Assembly (NCBI GenBank): GCA_043228905.1 | Contig: JBHGNT010000004.1 | Coordinates: 5,394,001-5,458,000 of the forward strand | Source: Azolla caroliniana | Lineage: Eukaryota > Plantae > Polypodiophyta | Length of the DNA stretch: 64,000 nucleotides | Direction of reading: 5' to 3' | Shown here: positions 10,307 through 22,406 of the stretch, piece after piece | How positions within the stretch are numbered: the stretch's first letter is position 1 | Layout of the letters: the number at the start of each line of letters is the position of its first letter | Position numbers and translations under genes: made by a program | Notes under the pieces: generated by a model | Seen by the model: the letters and a program-made list of their open reading frames with translations, nothing else | Told to the model about the DNA's origin: nothing | Database searches by the model: none

Positions 10307-10326
10307 ATCCTCCAATCATGTAGTAT

Positions 10327-10613
10327 TGTTGAGAGACAAGTTCAACATTCGGTGCGTAATCGGGTGTGTAACCCAGTGCGTAGAACCATGCGCACAATAG
10401 GCCATAGAGGTGTGTAAACCGCGAGGCCGTTGGAAAGATATTCCTCTAAAGGAATAATTTTGGGAGTAATTGTAGCGGCTCATTTATGAGCGTCAAGTAC
10501 TGTCAGTACTTGTGTCAGCCCGATTGTTAGGGCTTGTATAAAAGGTGCTCATTGAGCACGGTGTATGTACACAGAATAGAGAGTCATTATTTTGAATCTG
10601 AGTTTTTCTGTTT

Positions 10614-10656
<43 letters not shown>

Positions 10657-13600
10657 TCCATCTCCATCTCTGCGTTTTCTGTGTTTTACCGAATTGTCTT
10701 ATTCCTCCGAACTGTGTACTCTGTGTTTACACACACGCTTCCGCATAACATATTCCGTTACATGGTATCAGAGCGCAAGGGTTGAAGTCCTCTGCAGCCG
10801 ACAAGAAAAGTTTGTGACGAAACATAGTTGAAGTTGTTCGCTTTTGAAGAAGAAAAAGACAGTACTATGGATAGAGGAATGGGAAGCTCACTTCCGACTG
10901 AAAAGCTTGATAGAAGCAACTACACATCTTGGTCTTACAAGATGCACCAGTACCTGCTCGGCCATGGCTACTGGAGTTATGTTGAAGGAGCAAACAATGT
11001 GGCACCCGACTCAACACACAGGGACTATCCGGCTTGGGAACAAGCGGCAAGCAGAGTGTTGTACTGCTTCGCGTCCTGTGTGAGCGATCAGCTTTTGAGC
11101 TATATTCGGGATGCCAAGACGCCGAAGGACGCGTGGGTGAATCTCAAAAGGATTTTCGCTGCCAGCACAACGGCCAGAAAGTTGCAGCTCAGATAGGAGC
11201 TCAACAATGTACGACAAAGAGATATGTCGGTGGCTGATTACACCACCAAGATCAAAGAAATATGCGACTCTCTCGCCTCCGTCAACGTGAACGTCGAGGA
11301 AGATGAAATGGTGCAGGTTTGTCTTGGTGGCTTGACATCAAAATTCGAACCTTTCCGAACGGCAGTGAACGTCGAGGAAGATGAAATGGTGCAGGTTTGT
11401 CTTGGTGGCTTGACATCAAAGTTCGAACCTTTCCGAACGCCTTCATTTTTCGAGCTCCAGTCAATGTTGCTCGTAGAAGAAAACCACGCAGGTGCGTCGA
11501 TGAGTGCGCACGCCGATGGCAAGATGCTTTACACGGAGGATGATAGGCCCCATGGTCGTGGTGGACGAGGCGGATCGGCACGCAATGGAGGCGGCCGAAA
11601 AGAGCAGAATGTAGGGCATAATCGAGATGCCAGAAGCAATTCCGAACCCTCCACAAGCAGGGGGAATTATGGCGGCGCTGGAAGACGGCAAGAGAAGACC
11701 GTGCCGGATTGCTGGTACTATGGCAAGAAAGGCCACAAGGAGAGTGAGTGCTGGAAAAAGCCGATTCGGACAAAGCCGGATCAAGCCGAAGAGATGTAGA
11801 GAGGCGTCAGATATCGCACTACGCAAAAGGCTCTGAATGAGCCGGAAACAAATCGAACCCAGCCTTCGTAACGAAGCATAAGGCCAACTCTATGGTCATG
11901 AACACCTCGAAATCAAGTAAGGTGTGGTATGTTGACTCTGGAGCGTCAAATCATATGACGAGTCACGAGGAATGGTTCTCATACTTGGAGAAACCGGAAT
12001 CACAAGGAGTGGTCGAAACGGGAGACGACACTTTGCATACCATCAAACATGTCGGCGAAGTTCCCCTCAACCATCTCGGGCAGAAAGGGAAGCTAATGAA
12101 CGTGTTGCACATCCCGACAATAATGAAGAACCTAGTGTCGGTCAGTCAGTTCGTCGACCAGGGAATGCAGGCTCAATTCACGCATCTTGGCTGCTTCATA
12201 AAAGAGGAAGGCAAAGTAATCGCGCAAGGGCGCCGTGGAGGATGTTTATCCTCGACATTAATCAAGGTAGAACCGCGTTGTACGCGAAAGGACAAAAGGT
12301 CGAATCGGATATCGACCTATAGCACAAGCGGTTCGGCCACGTAAATTTCCCATGGCTTCGTGAAATGCAGACGAAGAACATTGTTTTCGGGTTGCCGAAA
12401 TTTCGTGGCCGAAATGGCAAGGTCTGCGAAGCCTGTCATATGGGAAAACAACATTGACTTCCCTTCTCCTTGCGCGTAAACTATCTCCTCGGTTCTTTAC
12501 GCGGGGACATCACGGTTGAGTCTCCACTACTTGCCGTCTCATCATCTGGTTGGCCATCTTGGCCCAACCTTTCAATCGGCCCACTTAGCCGAAATGAGAT
12601 TAGACTCTCTCTCAGAGCTCCGACTTCCTCATCATGCGGAGGCATTTCAGCCTCACTTATCTCTTCTTCAGAAGTCGGAATGGAGTCTTGAGGTACTGGA
12701 GGTGAAGGCAAGTACCACAAAACGGACTCGTCGAACACGACGTCGCGGCTTATGCGTACTTCCTTTGTTCGAGGGTTATAACACTTATACCCTTTCTGCT
12801 CATCTAAATAGCCGACCAAGGTACATTTCTCAGCTTTAGCATCGAGTTTCCTCCTTTTCTCCTTCGGCACGTGCACATATGCAATGCTACCGAAGATCCT
12901 CAAGTGTGCCAAGTTCGGCTTCTTCCCGAAATACAGCTCATGTGGCAACACTCCTCCATTAGCAGAAGTTCGATTTTGTAGGTAGACAACCGTCTTCAAG
13001 GCTTCAGCCCAATAGAATTTCAGCATATGCTTCCCTTCAAGCATTGCCCTGGCCACTTCTTCAATCGTCTGATTCTTCTGCTTGGCCACGTCGTTCTGTT
13101 GCAGTGTGTATCTACATGAGAATTCGCGTCGAATTCCCTCCTTCTATAGATAACTTGTGAACTGGTTGGAGAAGTACTCCTTCCCGCCATCGGACCGTAG
13201 GCATTTGGTCGTACGCCCTGTTTCCCTTTCCAGAAGGCTCTTCACCTTTAGAAAACATGTGACGACTTCGCTCTTCTTCATGATTGTGCATACCTACGCG
13301 TGCCGAGTGAAGTCGTCGATGAAGGTTACATAGTAACGTCTTCCACCGAGACTAACGTTCTGTGTTGGACCCCACACATCCGAATGGATCAAAATCAGCT
13401 GACTTCGACTACGATTACGCTCATTGGGGATCTTCGGTAGCATTGCATATGTGCATGTGCCGAAGGAGAAAAGGAGGAAACTCGATGCTAAAGCTGAGAA
13501 ATGTATTTTGGTCGGCTATTCAGATGAGCAGAAAGGGTATAAGTGTTATAACCCTCGAACAAAGGAAGTACTCATAAGTTGCGACGTCGTGTTCGACGAG

Positions 13601-16055
13601 TCCGCTTCGTGGTACTTGCCTTCACCTCCAGTACCTCAAGACTCCATTCCGACTTCTGAAGAAGAGATCAGCGAGGCTGAAATGCCTCCGCATGATGAGG
13701 AAGTCGGAGTTCTAAGAGAGAGTCTGATCTCATTTCGGGTAAGGGGGCCGAATGAAAGGTTGGGCCAAGATGGCCAACCAAATGATGAGACGGCAAGTAG
13801 TGAAGACTCAGTCGTGATGTCCCTACGTAAAGAACCGAGGAGACGGTTTATGCGCAAGGAGAAGGGCAAGAAGAAAATGTTGGAGTACGATTTCGGTAGC
13901 ACTGAGTCAGTTCAAAGTGAATCTGACATTGAGCCGATCATAAAGAAACCTCCACGGAAGAGGTCAAAATCGGCCGAAAAAGTCATGAAATCGGGTAATC
14001 ACGAATTACGCCGATTTACCCACCTGAAGAACCCCATAAAGAGATATGGGTATAATGAATACATGGCGCACCATTATGCGTACATGACACGAGTGGCGGA
14101 AGTGCGTGAGCCGGAGAGCTACACAGAAGCGGCGAAAGACGCGAATTGGCGTGCCGCATTGGAGGAAGAGAGGCGCGCATTGGCGGAAAATGAAACATGG
14201 GACTTGGATGACGCACCGAAAGGTGTGAAGCCGATCGGATGTAAGTGGGTGCACAAGGTTAAGTACAACACCGACGACTTGGTCAACCGATACAATGCCC
14301 GTTTAGAAGCAAAAGGCTACGCGCAGAAGCACAGCGTGGACTACAATGAGACGTTTGTGCCAATCGCGAAGATGACGATTGTCCGCGTCTTGCTTGCAGT
14401 AGCTACGGCACAAGGGTGGCACTTACATCAGATGGATGTAAAGAACGTGTTCTTGCAAGGTGATCTTGAGGAGCAGGTGTACATGGTACAACCCCCCGGA
14501 TTTTTATCTGAACAAAACACCTCGGTAGTTTGCAGATTGAAGAAGTCCTTATACGGACTAAAGCAAGCCCCACGAGCTTGGAACGCAAGGATTACGCAAC
14601 AGTTGCATAGGATGGGGTTTGCGCCATCGAAGTCAGACTCTTCTCTATTTGTTCGGCAGGGTCAATATGGACCAGTCAGCCTGCTCTTGTACGTTGATGA
14701 TTTAGTCATCGTCGATGCCGACCTTGACGAAATTCTCCGCGTGAAGTCTCAACTTGTGGCATCATTTGAAATGAAGGATCTCAGAGACCTTCATTACTTC
14801 CTCGAGATCGAAGTGATCCATACCTTCGAAGGCATATTCATCACCCAGCGTCATTACGTGCTGAATATGCTCTTCAAGTTCGGGATGGCAAATTGTAAGC
14901 CCATCTCAACCCCTCTGGACAGAAACGTAAAGCTTCACCAAGATTCGGGAAAGGCGTGCAACCCGGCACGGTTTCGAGAAATTGTCGGAAGCCTCATCTA
15001 CTTGACGATTACTCGGCCGGATCTTAGCTACCCGGTCGGCTTAATCAGTCAATTTATGTCGTAGCCTACGGCTGAACACTTTCAGTGTGCGCAACGGATA
15101 CTGCGTTATGTCAGCGGCACGAAAGACATGGCATTGTTTTATCAGGTAGGCGTAGCCGAACAGTTGGTTGGCTACACGGATGCTGATTGGGCCGGAAACG
15201 CCCACGATCATAGATCCACATCCGGATATGCATTCTCTCTAGGAAGTGCGGCGATCGTTGGAGCAGCAAAAAAGCAGCCGACAGTCGTACTGAGGCCGGA
15301 TATCGAGGGGCGATTGTCGCTACGTGCGAAGTCATTTGGTTGAAACTGCTATTATGGGATCTGCAAGTAGAGGTGTCTGATCCGACGACGATCTATTGCG
15401 ACAACCTCAGCAGTATCCACCTTGCGAAAAACCCCGTGTTCCACGCCCGGACCAAGCACATTGAGGTGCATTACCATTTTGTCCGCGAGCGGGTCCTTTC
15501 AGGAGAAGTCAAATGGGTGCACGTTTTGTCTGATGGGCAGGTTGCCGACATCTTCACAAAACCTCTTGGTCTCCACAAGTTACGGCATTTCTTGGGTGCG
15601 CTTGGGTTGTGTCACCTCGACACGCCGAACTTGAGGGGGAGAAAGGAAGAACAGGGACAAGAGCATGAAAGGAGTGGAGGTAAGCATCACGGCATAAACC
15701 GCGAGGCCATAACAGTGCGTAAACCACGAGGCTGTTGGAAAGATATTCCTCTAAAGGAATAATTTTGGGAGTAAGTGTAGCAACTCATTTATGAGCGTCA
15801 AGTACTGTCAGTACTTGTGTCAGCCCGATTGTCAGGTCTTGTATAAAATGTGCTCACTGAGCACGGTGTATGTACACAAAACAGAGAGTCATTATTTTGA
15901 ATTTGAGTTTTTTTGTTGTCTACTCTCTCTCTCTCTCTGTCTCTCCATCTCCATCTCCATCTCTGCGTTTTCTGTGTTTTACCAAATTGTCTTATTCCTC
16001 CGAACTGTGTACTCTGTGTTTACGCACACACTTCCACACAACGTATTCCTTTACA
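10327..16055 (+). mobile_element. Degenerate, internally rearranged Ty1/copia element C3 (TSD AGTAT)
   Basis: 5' LTR 10327-10762; PBS TGGTATCAGAGC 10763-10774; 3' LTR remnant ~15694-16055 (PPT and LTR start deleted). AGTAT at 10322-10326 and 16056-16060. Confidence 0.92.
10867..15762 (+). pseudogene. C3 gag-pol pseudogene (Gag, PR, INT, RT, RNase H)
   Basis: MDRGMGSSLPTEKLD; PR WYVDSGASNHMT; RT QMDVKNVFLQG...LYVDD; RH YTDADWAG...RTKHIEVHYH. Stops at 11194 and 15062, frameshifts, and an inverted integrase core at 12461-13430. Confidence 0.9.
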
Positions 16056-16498
16056 AGTATGTGTTCTTGAATCCGATTTTGCTCTGAGATGAGGATTCAT
16101 GAGGCAATCTGGCCACCTGGAGGAATTACTTCGAGTTGTGTATCTTCCTCCTCATCTTCAACGAACTCGAGTACTTCGGGCTCATCCTCCTGAAGATGTT
16201 GTCGTTTCTTGTACTTCTTGTGTTCTACTTTTCCTTTTTTGGCAGACTTCTGTGGGGTGCATGCTTGCGCGACCATGAGTTCTCCTTTGATATACGAGCG
16301 CAAAGCAACAATCAAATTGTTTTTGGTTTATACATCTTTCTTTAAGGCTTTCAGGTGGCAAGAGTCCGTTATAAAATTGCCTTCATCAACCCGGACTCTT
16401 CGCATCCCCACTGAGCTATCAACATCGAAAAGCAAGTTCGATGACTCATTGTCCTCATATTCAACGTTCTTTATTTGCCCATAGTTGAAGGTCTTTCC

Positions 16499-19400
16499 TG
16501 TTGGGATTACGATCCCTTCGGATGGGATGGTCGGATGTCGGAGATGAATGCCGACGAGCCCGGTTTCGGTTTCGGATCCGGATGTTGAAGACCCCGGCTT
16601 CGGTGCCGGATGACGAATGTACCCGGAGAACAATCCGGATGCAGGGACATATCCGTGAATATGTTCGCTATGGGCCCCTGAGGCTATAGTTGTAAATAGC
16701 CCCAAAGTCATATATGTATAAATATGACTTAGGGCAAACTGTTTTAGTGTTGCTGATCATTTTTCTGTTTTTCCACTCAAGAGGAGTGAAGAGGGAGCAG
16801 CCGTGAGAGAGAGAGAGAGAGAGAGCGTGAGAGAGGAAGAGGACGACGCCTCTGTGTATTTCCGCCGCCTGTGGCGAGGACAGCGAGCTCAAGGTCGTCG
16901 CCTTGCAGCTCGCCATTGTATACTCCTCTTTGTATAGTGTTGGTTTGGAGTCTTGTACTCCCGTGGTTTTTCCCATCTAGGGTTTTCCACGTTAATCCCT
17001 GTGTATTCGTGTGTTTCTCTCTGTGGTTCCTATTTTCTGCTACATTGATTCGCGATTACTTGGTTGTGGCCGAGTGGTGAAGGTGAATCGAAGCGTCGAT
17101 TCCCAACAAACTGGTATCAGAGCAAACTGCTGCAGAAAATGGAAGGCGGCGGCAGCGGGCAGCCGGGGATGATGGTGCTGAATGCGCAGAATTACGCCGA
17201 CTGGAAGATCAAGATGGAGGATCTTCTGATTGTTCGGGACCTGTACGAACCGATTGACAGGTCGGAAATACCGAAAGGGGTACTTGAGTCGGAGTGGAAG
17301 CTCCTGAACCGGAAAGCCGTAGCGACGATCCGACAATATGTCGATGTAAGCGTCCTACAACATGTGGCGAACGACACCAACGCATATGAGATGTGGAAGA
17401 AGCTGTCGGGCCTCTATGAGAGGAAGAATGCGTTGAACCGGACCTCCCTGATGAGGAAGATAGTGAATCTCAAGTACCGGGACGGCGAGAGTATGGTGGA
17501 ACACGTAAGCACGTTCATGGGATTCGTGAATCAGCTTGCGGCGATCAAGTTCCCGTTGGAGGATGCAATGCAAGCCATCATCCTGATGTGTACATTGCCG
17601 GAAAGCTGGGAGAACTTGGTGGTGACTCTCAGCACCTCCTGCACAGAAGATAACTTGTCCTTGCAAACGGTAAAGACAAGTATTTTGAACGAAGAAGCGC
17701 GTCGGAGAGATAAAGAACCGGCCTCCGACTCGAAGGCGCTGCTTACCGAATCGGATCGGGGAAGACAATGGAACCGGAGTCCGCAAAGACGGGAGAAGTC
17801 GGGGACCCGGTCGCAGTCAAGAGGAAGACCCACATGCTTCCACTGTGGGAAGCCGGGGCACTTCCGAAAGAATTGTCGGCATTACCGAAAAGACAACGGA
17901 GCCGACGACACCGACTCGAAGAAGTCACCGGAGAGAAACGGTGCATACCGGGGAGCCACGGACCGGAGAGGTTCGGATCGGCGAGGGCAGGACCGGAAAG
18001 GAACAACGGCACTCGCGGCAAGTGAGGAAGAAATCATGCTCATCACCGAAGAAGGTGAGCTAAACGTTGCCGGCGATGAGACGACCTGGGTGGTCGATTC
18101 CGGAGCATCGTTCCACCTGACCCCGGAGAGAAGATACTTCTCATCCTACACAGCCGGTGAGCATGGCTGTGTTCGGATGGGAAATGAAGGTACGTGCCGG
18201 ATTGCCGGCATAGGAGACGTGTGGTTGACAACCCCGACTGGATGCAAAATGCTGCTGAAGGATGTCCGACACGTTCCGGAGGTTCGATTGAACCTGATTT
18301 CGGCCGGGAGGCTAGACGATGAAGGCTACACAGGTAGCATCCGGAACGGCGTAATGAAGTTCAGCAAGGGGAGCCTGATAGTGGCTCGGGCCCGGAAAGT
18401 CAACACATTGTACCTGATGAATGCCCGGTTATGTCCGGAAGAGCTGAATGTGGCAGCTGACACTGCCGGTGAGCTGTGGCACAAGAGACTGTGCCACATG
18501 AGTGAGAAGGGGATGAAGAGGCTTGCAGAAGACAACCTTATCCCAGTGAAGCATGTGCACCTGGAGAAGTGCACCGATTGCCTGGCCGGTAAGCAGAACC
18601 GAACCTCCTTCCACTCAAGGCCACCGACGAGACGTAGCGCACCATTGGAGTTGGTGCACACTGACGTGTGTCAGGTAGAAACGAAGTCACATGGCGGAGC
18701 CCAGTACTTCGTAACATTCATCGATGATCATAGCCGAAAACTGTGGACGGCACCGATGAAGACAAAGGACCAAGTGTTGTGCGTCTTCAAAGAACTCCAC
18801 GCGAGAGTGGAAAGGGAATCCGGCAAGAAGCTGAAAGTGATACGAGCGGATAACGGAGGGGAATACCGGGGGCAGTTCGCGGAGTACTGTCGCTCGAAGG
18901 GAATCCGACTCGAGTTTACTGTGCCGAAGACGCCGGAACTGAACGGGCTGGCCGAGAGGATGAACCGGACCATAATGGAGAGGGTCCGGAGTATGCTGGC
19001 GCATGCGAAATTACCCAAGGGGTTTTGGGCTGAGGCAATGTCGACGGCGACATACGTGATAAACAGATCACCCTCAGCACCTTTGGACGGAGACACGCCG
19101 CAGAGAGTGTGGACCGGTAGGGAAGTATCCTACCGGCATCTGAAGGTGTTCGGGTGTCTCGCATACGTGCATGTGGCAAAGGACCGGAGAGGAAAGCTAG
19201 ATCCAAAGACCCGGCCATGCATATTCCTCGGTTACGGCGACGATGAGTTCGGCTACCGAGTATGGGACCCGGTCGACAAGAAGATGTTCAGGAGTCGAGA
19301 CATCATCTTCATGGAGGACAAGACACTCGCCGACTGGGAGTCGGAGAAGAAGATGAAGAGCTTCAAGTCGACCGGTGAGGATCAACTCTACGAGGAGCAG

Positions 19401-21834
19401 TCCCGACCGGCAAGGGACCGGTTAGCACTCGAGGATCCGGCCGAAGACGGTGAAGAAACAGAACCGGCCGAAGAAGATGAAAATGATACCGGAACCGGCC
19501 CCGATCCCGAAATGGACTCGGATGAAGAAGAATCGGAAGAACCGGTTACCGAAGCTCCGGAACGGAGATATCCTCTAAGAGAGAGAAGGGCCCCCCGGAG
19601 ATTTCCGGAACCAGAGCATGTGCTGCTAACCGACGAAGGGGAGCCGGAGAGCTTTGAAGAAGCAAAGCATGACACCCAGAGCCGCAGGTGGTTGAGTGCC
19701 ATGCAGGACGAGATGGATTCCCTGCATGAGAACCACACATATAAACTTGTGGAGTTGCCGAAAGGAAAGCGGGCACTTCGAAACAAGTGGGTGTTCAAGC
19801 TGAAACCGGGAGATGCCGGAAACCCCCCGAGATAGAAAGCCAGGATCGTGGTGAAGGGGTTTCAGCAGAAGAAGGGCGTCGACTTCGACGAGATATTTGC
19901 CCCGGTAGTGAAGATGACCTCCATCCGGACGGTGCTGAGCATAGCGGCAAGCATGGACCTCGAGGTAGAACAGATTGACGTGAAGACGGCATTCCTTCAC
20001 GGTGACCTCGAAGAAGAGATCTACATGCAGCAACCGGAAGGATTCGAGAAGAAAGGGAAGGAGCACCTGGTATGCCGGTTGAAGAAGAGCCTTTACGGAC
20101 TGAAGCAGGCTCCCCGGCAATGGTACCGGAAGTTCGACTCCTTCATGACCGACGAAGGGTACCTCAAAACGCAGTCCGACCACTGCGTGTTTGTGAAGAA
20201 GTTCGAAGGAGGAGACTTTCTAATACTCCTCCTGTACGTGGACGACATGTTGATCGTCGGACGGGACCAGGTCAAGATCCGGATGCTGAAGAAGGCTCTT
20301 CACCGAACCTTCTCAATGAAGGACCTGGGTCCGGCGAGACAAATACTAGGGATGCACATCATCCGGGACCGGAGCAAGAAGCAGTTGTGGCTGTCACAGG
20401 AGAAGTACGTGACGAAGGTGCTTCACCGGTTCAACATGTCGGAAGCAAGACCGGTCGGATCGACCCTCCCGGCAAACTGCAAGCTGTCCAGCAAGCAAAG
20501 CCCCAAGACAAAGGCTGAAAAGGAGGATATGATGAAAGTGCCGTATGCCTCAGCCGTCGGGAGCTTGATGTACGCCATGGTGTGTACGAGACCGGACATC
20601 GGACATGCAGTCGGAGTGGTGAGCCGGTACATGAGCAATCCCGGCAAAGAGCATTGGAACGCGGCCAAGTGGATACTCCGATACCTGAAGGGCACGGCAA
20701 ACGTGTGCCTCCGATTCGGCTCCGGTAAGCCCGAACTCGACGGCTTCACCGATTCGGATATGTCGGCTGATGCAGATACCAGCCGGTCCACATCAGGGTA
20801 TGTGATGACGTATGCAGGGGGAGCTGTTTCATGGCAGTCGAGGCTGCAGAAGACGGTTGCGTTGTCAACTACGGAGGCGGAGTACATGGCGGCTGTTGAA
20901 GCCGGCAAGGAAGTAATATGGATGAAGGACTTCATTAGAGAGCTCGGTATCCGGCAGGAGGAGTACCGACTCTACTGTGACAGTCAGAGTGCAATCCACC
21001 TTGCGAAGAACGCGGCCTATCACTCCCGGACGAAGCACATCCAGCGAAGATATCACTGGATCCGGGAAAGGATAGAAGACAAGGAGTTCGTGCTGACAAA
21101 GATCCACACGGACGAGAACGGGTCGGATATGCTGACCAAGGTCCTCACACCCGACAAGCTGGAAGCATGCCGGAAGAGGATCGGATTGGAAAGACATCCC
21201 ATGCCGAAGTGAAGGGGGAGTTTGTTGGGATTACGATCCCTTCGGATGGGATGGTCGGATGTCGGAGATGAATGCCGACGAGCCCGGTTTCGGTTTCGGA
21301 TCCGGATGTTGAAGACCCCGGCTTCGGGGCCGGATGACGAATGTACCCGGAGAACAATCCGGATGCAGGGACATATCCGTGAATATGTTCGCTATGGGCC
21401 CCTGAGGCTATAGTTGTAAATAGCCCCAAAGTCATATATGTATAAATATGACTTAGGGCAAACTGTTTTAGTGTTGCTGATCATTTTTCTGTTTTTCCAC
21501 TCAAGAGGAGTGAAGAGGGAGCAGCCGTGAGAGAGAGAGAGAGAGAGAGAGCGTGAGAGAGGAAGAGGACGACGCCTCTGTGTATTTCCGCCGCCTGTGG
21601 CGAGGACAGCGAGCTCAAGGTCGTCGCCTTGCAGCTCGCCATTGTATACTCCTCTTTGTATAGTGTTGGTTTGGAGTCTTGTACTCCCGTGGTTTTTCCC
21701 ATCTAGGGTTTTCCACGTTAATCCCTGTGTATTCGTGTGTTTCTCTCTGTGGTTCCTATTTTCTGCTACATTGATTCGCGATTACTTGGTTGTGGCCGAG
21801 TGGTGAAGGTGAATCGAAGCGTCGATTCCCAACA
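16499..21834 (+). mobile_element. Young near-intact Ty1/copia element C4 (TSD TTTCC)
   Basis: LTRs 16499-17108 and 21223-21834 differ by about one SNP and one GA unit. PBS TGGTATCAGAGC 17112-17123; PPT GTGAAGGGGGAG 21209-21220; TTTCC at 16494-16498 and 21835-21839. Confidence 0.97.
17139..21212 (+). pseudogene. C4 gag-pol single ORF with one nonsense codon (TAG 19833-19835)
   Basis: CFHCGKPGHFRKNC; WVVDSGAS; integrase HTDVC..DNGGEY..E; RT LYVDD; RH DSDM...RTKHI. ORFs 17064-19835 and 19848-21212 share a frame, and TAG replaces the Tyr of RYKAR. Confidence 0.93.
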
Positions 21835-22316
21835 TTTCCCACTTGAAGCTTTCCTTCACCTTCTGATTTTGCAAGTGTGAGGAGCAAATCCCCTTCTTCC
21901 TCGGAATAGATCAATGTCCATTCCACATTGGGGTAGCTCTTGAGACGAGGCTCCCCAGTCTTTTCGGCTAACGTCTTCATTGTATTTCCGCCCAAAGACG
22001 TGGAAGTCCCATCACCTCACAACTCAATCAATGTTTTTCGGGATTCTAGCTTATGCATGTGGTCAACAGGTTTTCTGGTTGGGGAGGGAATCTTCAATTT
22101 GAAAGATGATGCCTTCTAACATGGTTCACTGAAAAAAACAAGTAAAAACACAATGATACAAAAATATTCTTAAAAATAAATACTCTAAACCTTAAAACAA
22201 AGGTAGAGTTCATCAAAATATTTAAATGTAACCTTGTATCAAAAACACTTAAAAAGAAGCTAATAAATAGCAATAAAGTTACTACTTCTGGTATATCAAT
22301 CATAAAATTTGCCTCC

Positions 22317-22406
22317 TTCAACGAGAAATCAATGCAATGCATCGAGTTCTCGTTGAAAGCAACACTCATTCAACGAGAACTCGATGGCTTTCAACGAGAA
22401 CTCGAT
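22317..22406. repeat. Cluster of 17-bp motif TTCAACGAGAACTCGAT in direct and inverted orientation
   Basis: Copies at 22317 (degenerate), 22341-22357 (inverted), 22369-22385 and 22390-22406. Confidence 0.8.

Larger units (their letters stand above)
16097..21995 (-). pseudogene. Unidentified ORF remnant split by C4 (21995-21835 joined to 16493-16097)
   Basis: Removing C4 and one TSD gives in-frame ...GEGKLQVGKTFNYGQIKNVEYED..., about 186 codons with one internal stop; no recognised motif. Confidence 0.45.

Noticed and set aside
10118-10831. ORFs with ERERER/SLSLSL runs (also near 51128 and 61444-61723)
   Set aside because: Translations of (CT)n/(GA)n/(TACA)n microsatellites.
17067-17104. tRNA A-box-like TGGCCGAGTGG and B-box-like GTCGATTCC at the C4 LTR end
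   Set aside because: Spacing (<20 nt) is too short, the second motif is one arm of the GAATCGA-AGCG-TCGATTC hairpin and it is absent from the sister C1 LTR.
19833-19835. Programmed stop-codon readthrough in C4
   Set aside because: TAG replaces a conserved Tyr inside RT and lacks a CARYYA-type context; a point mutation is simpler.
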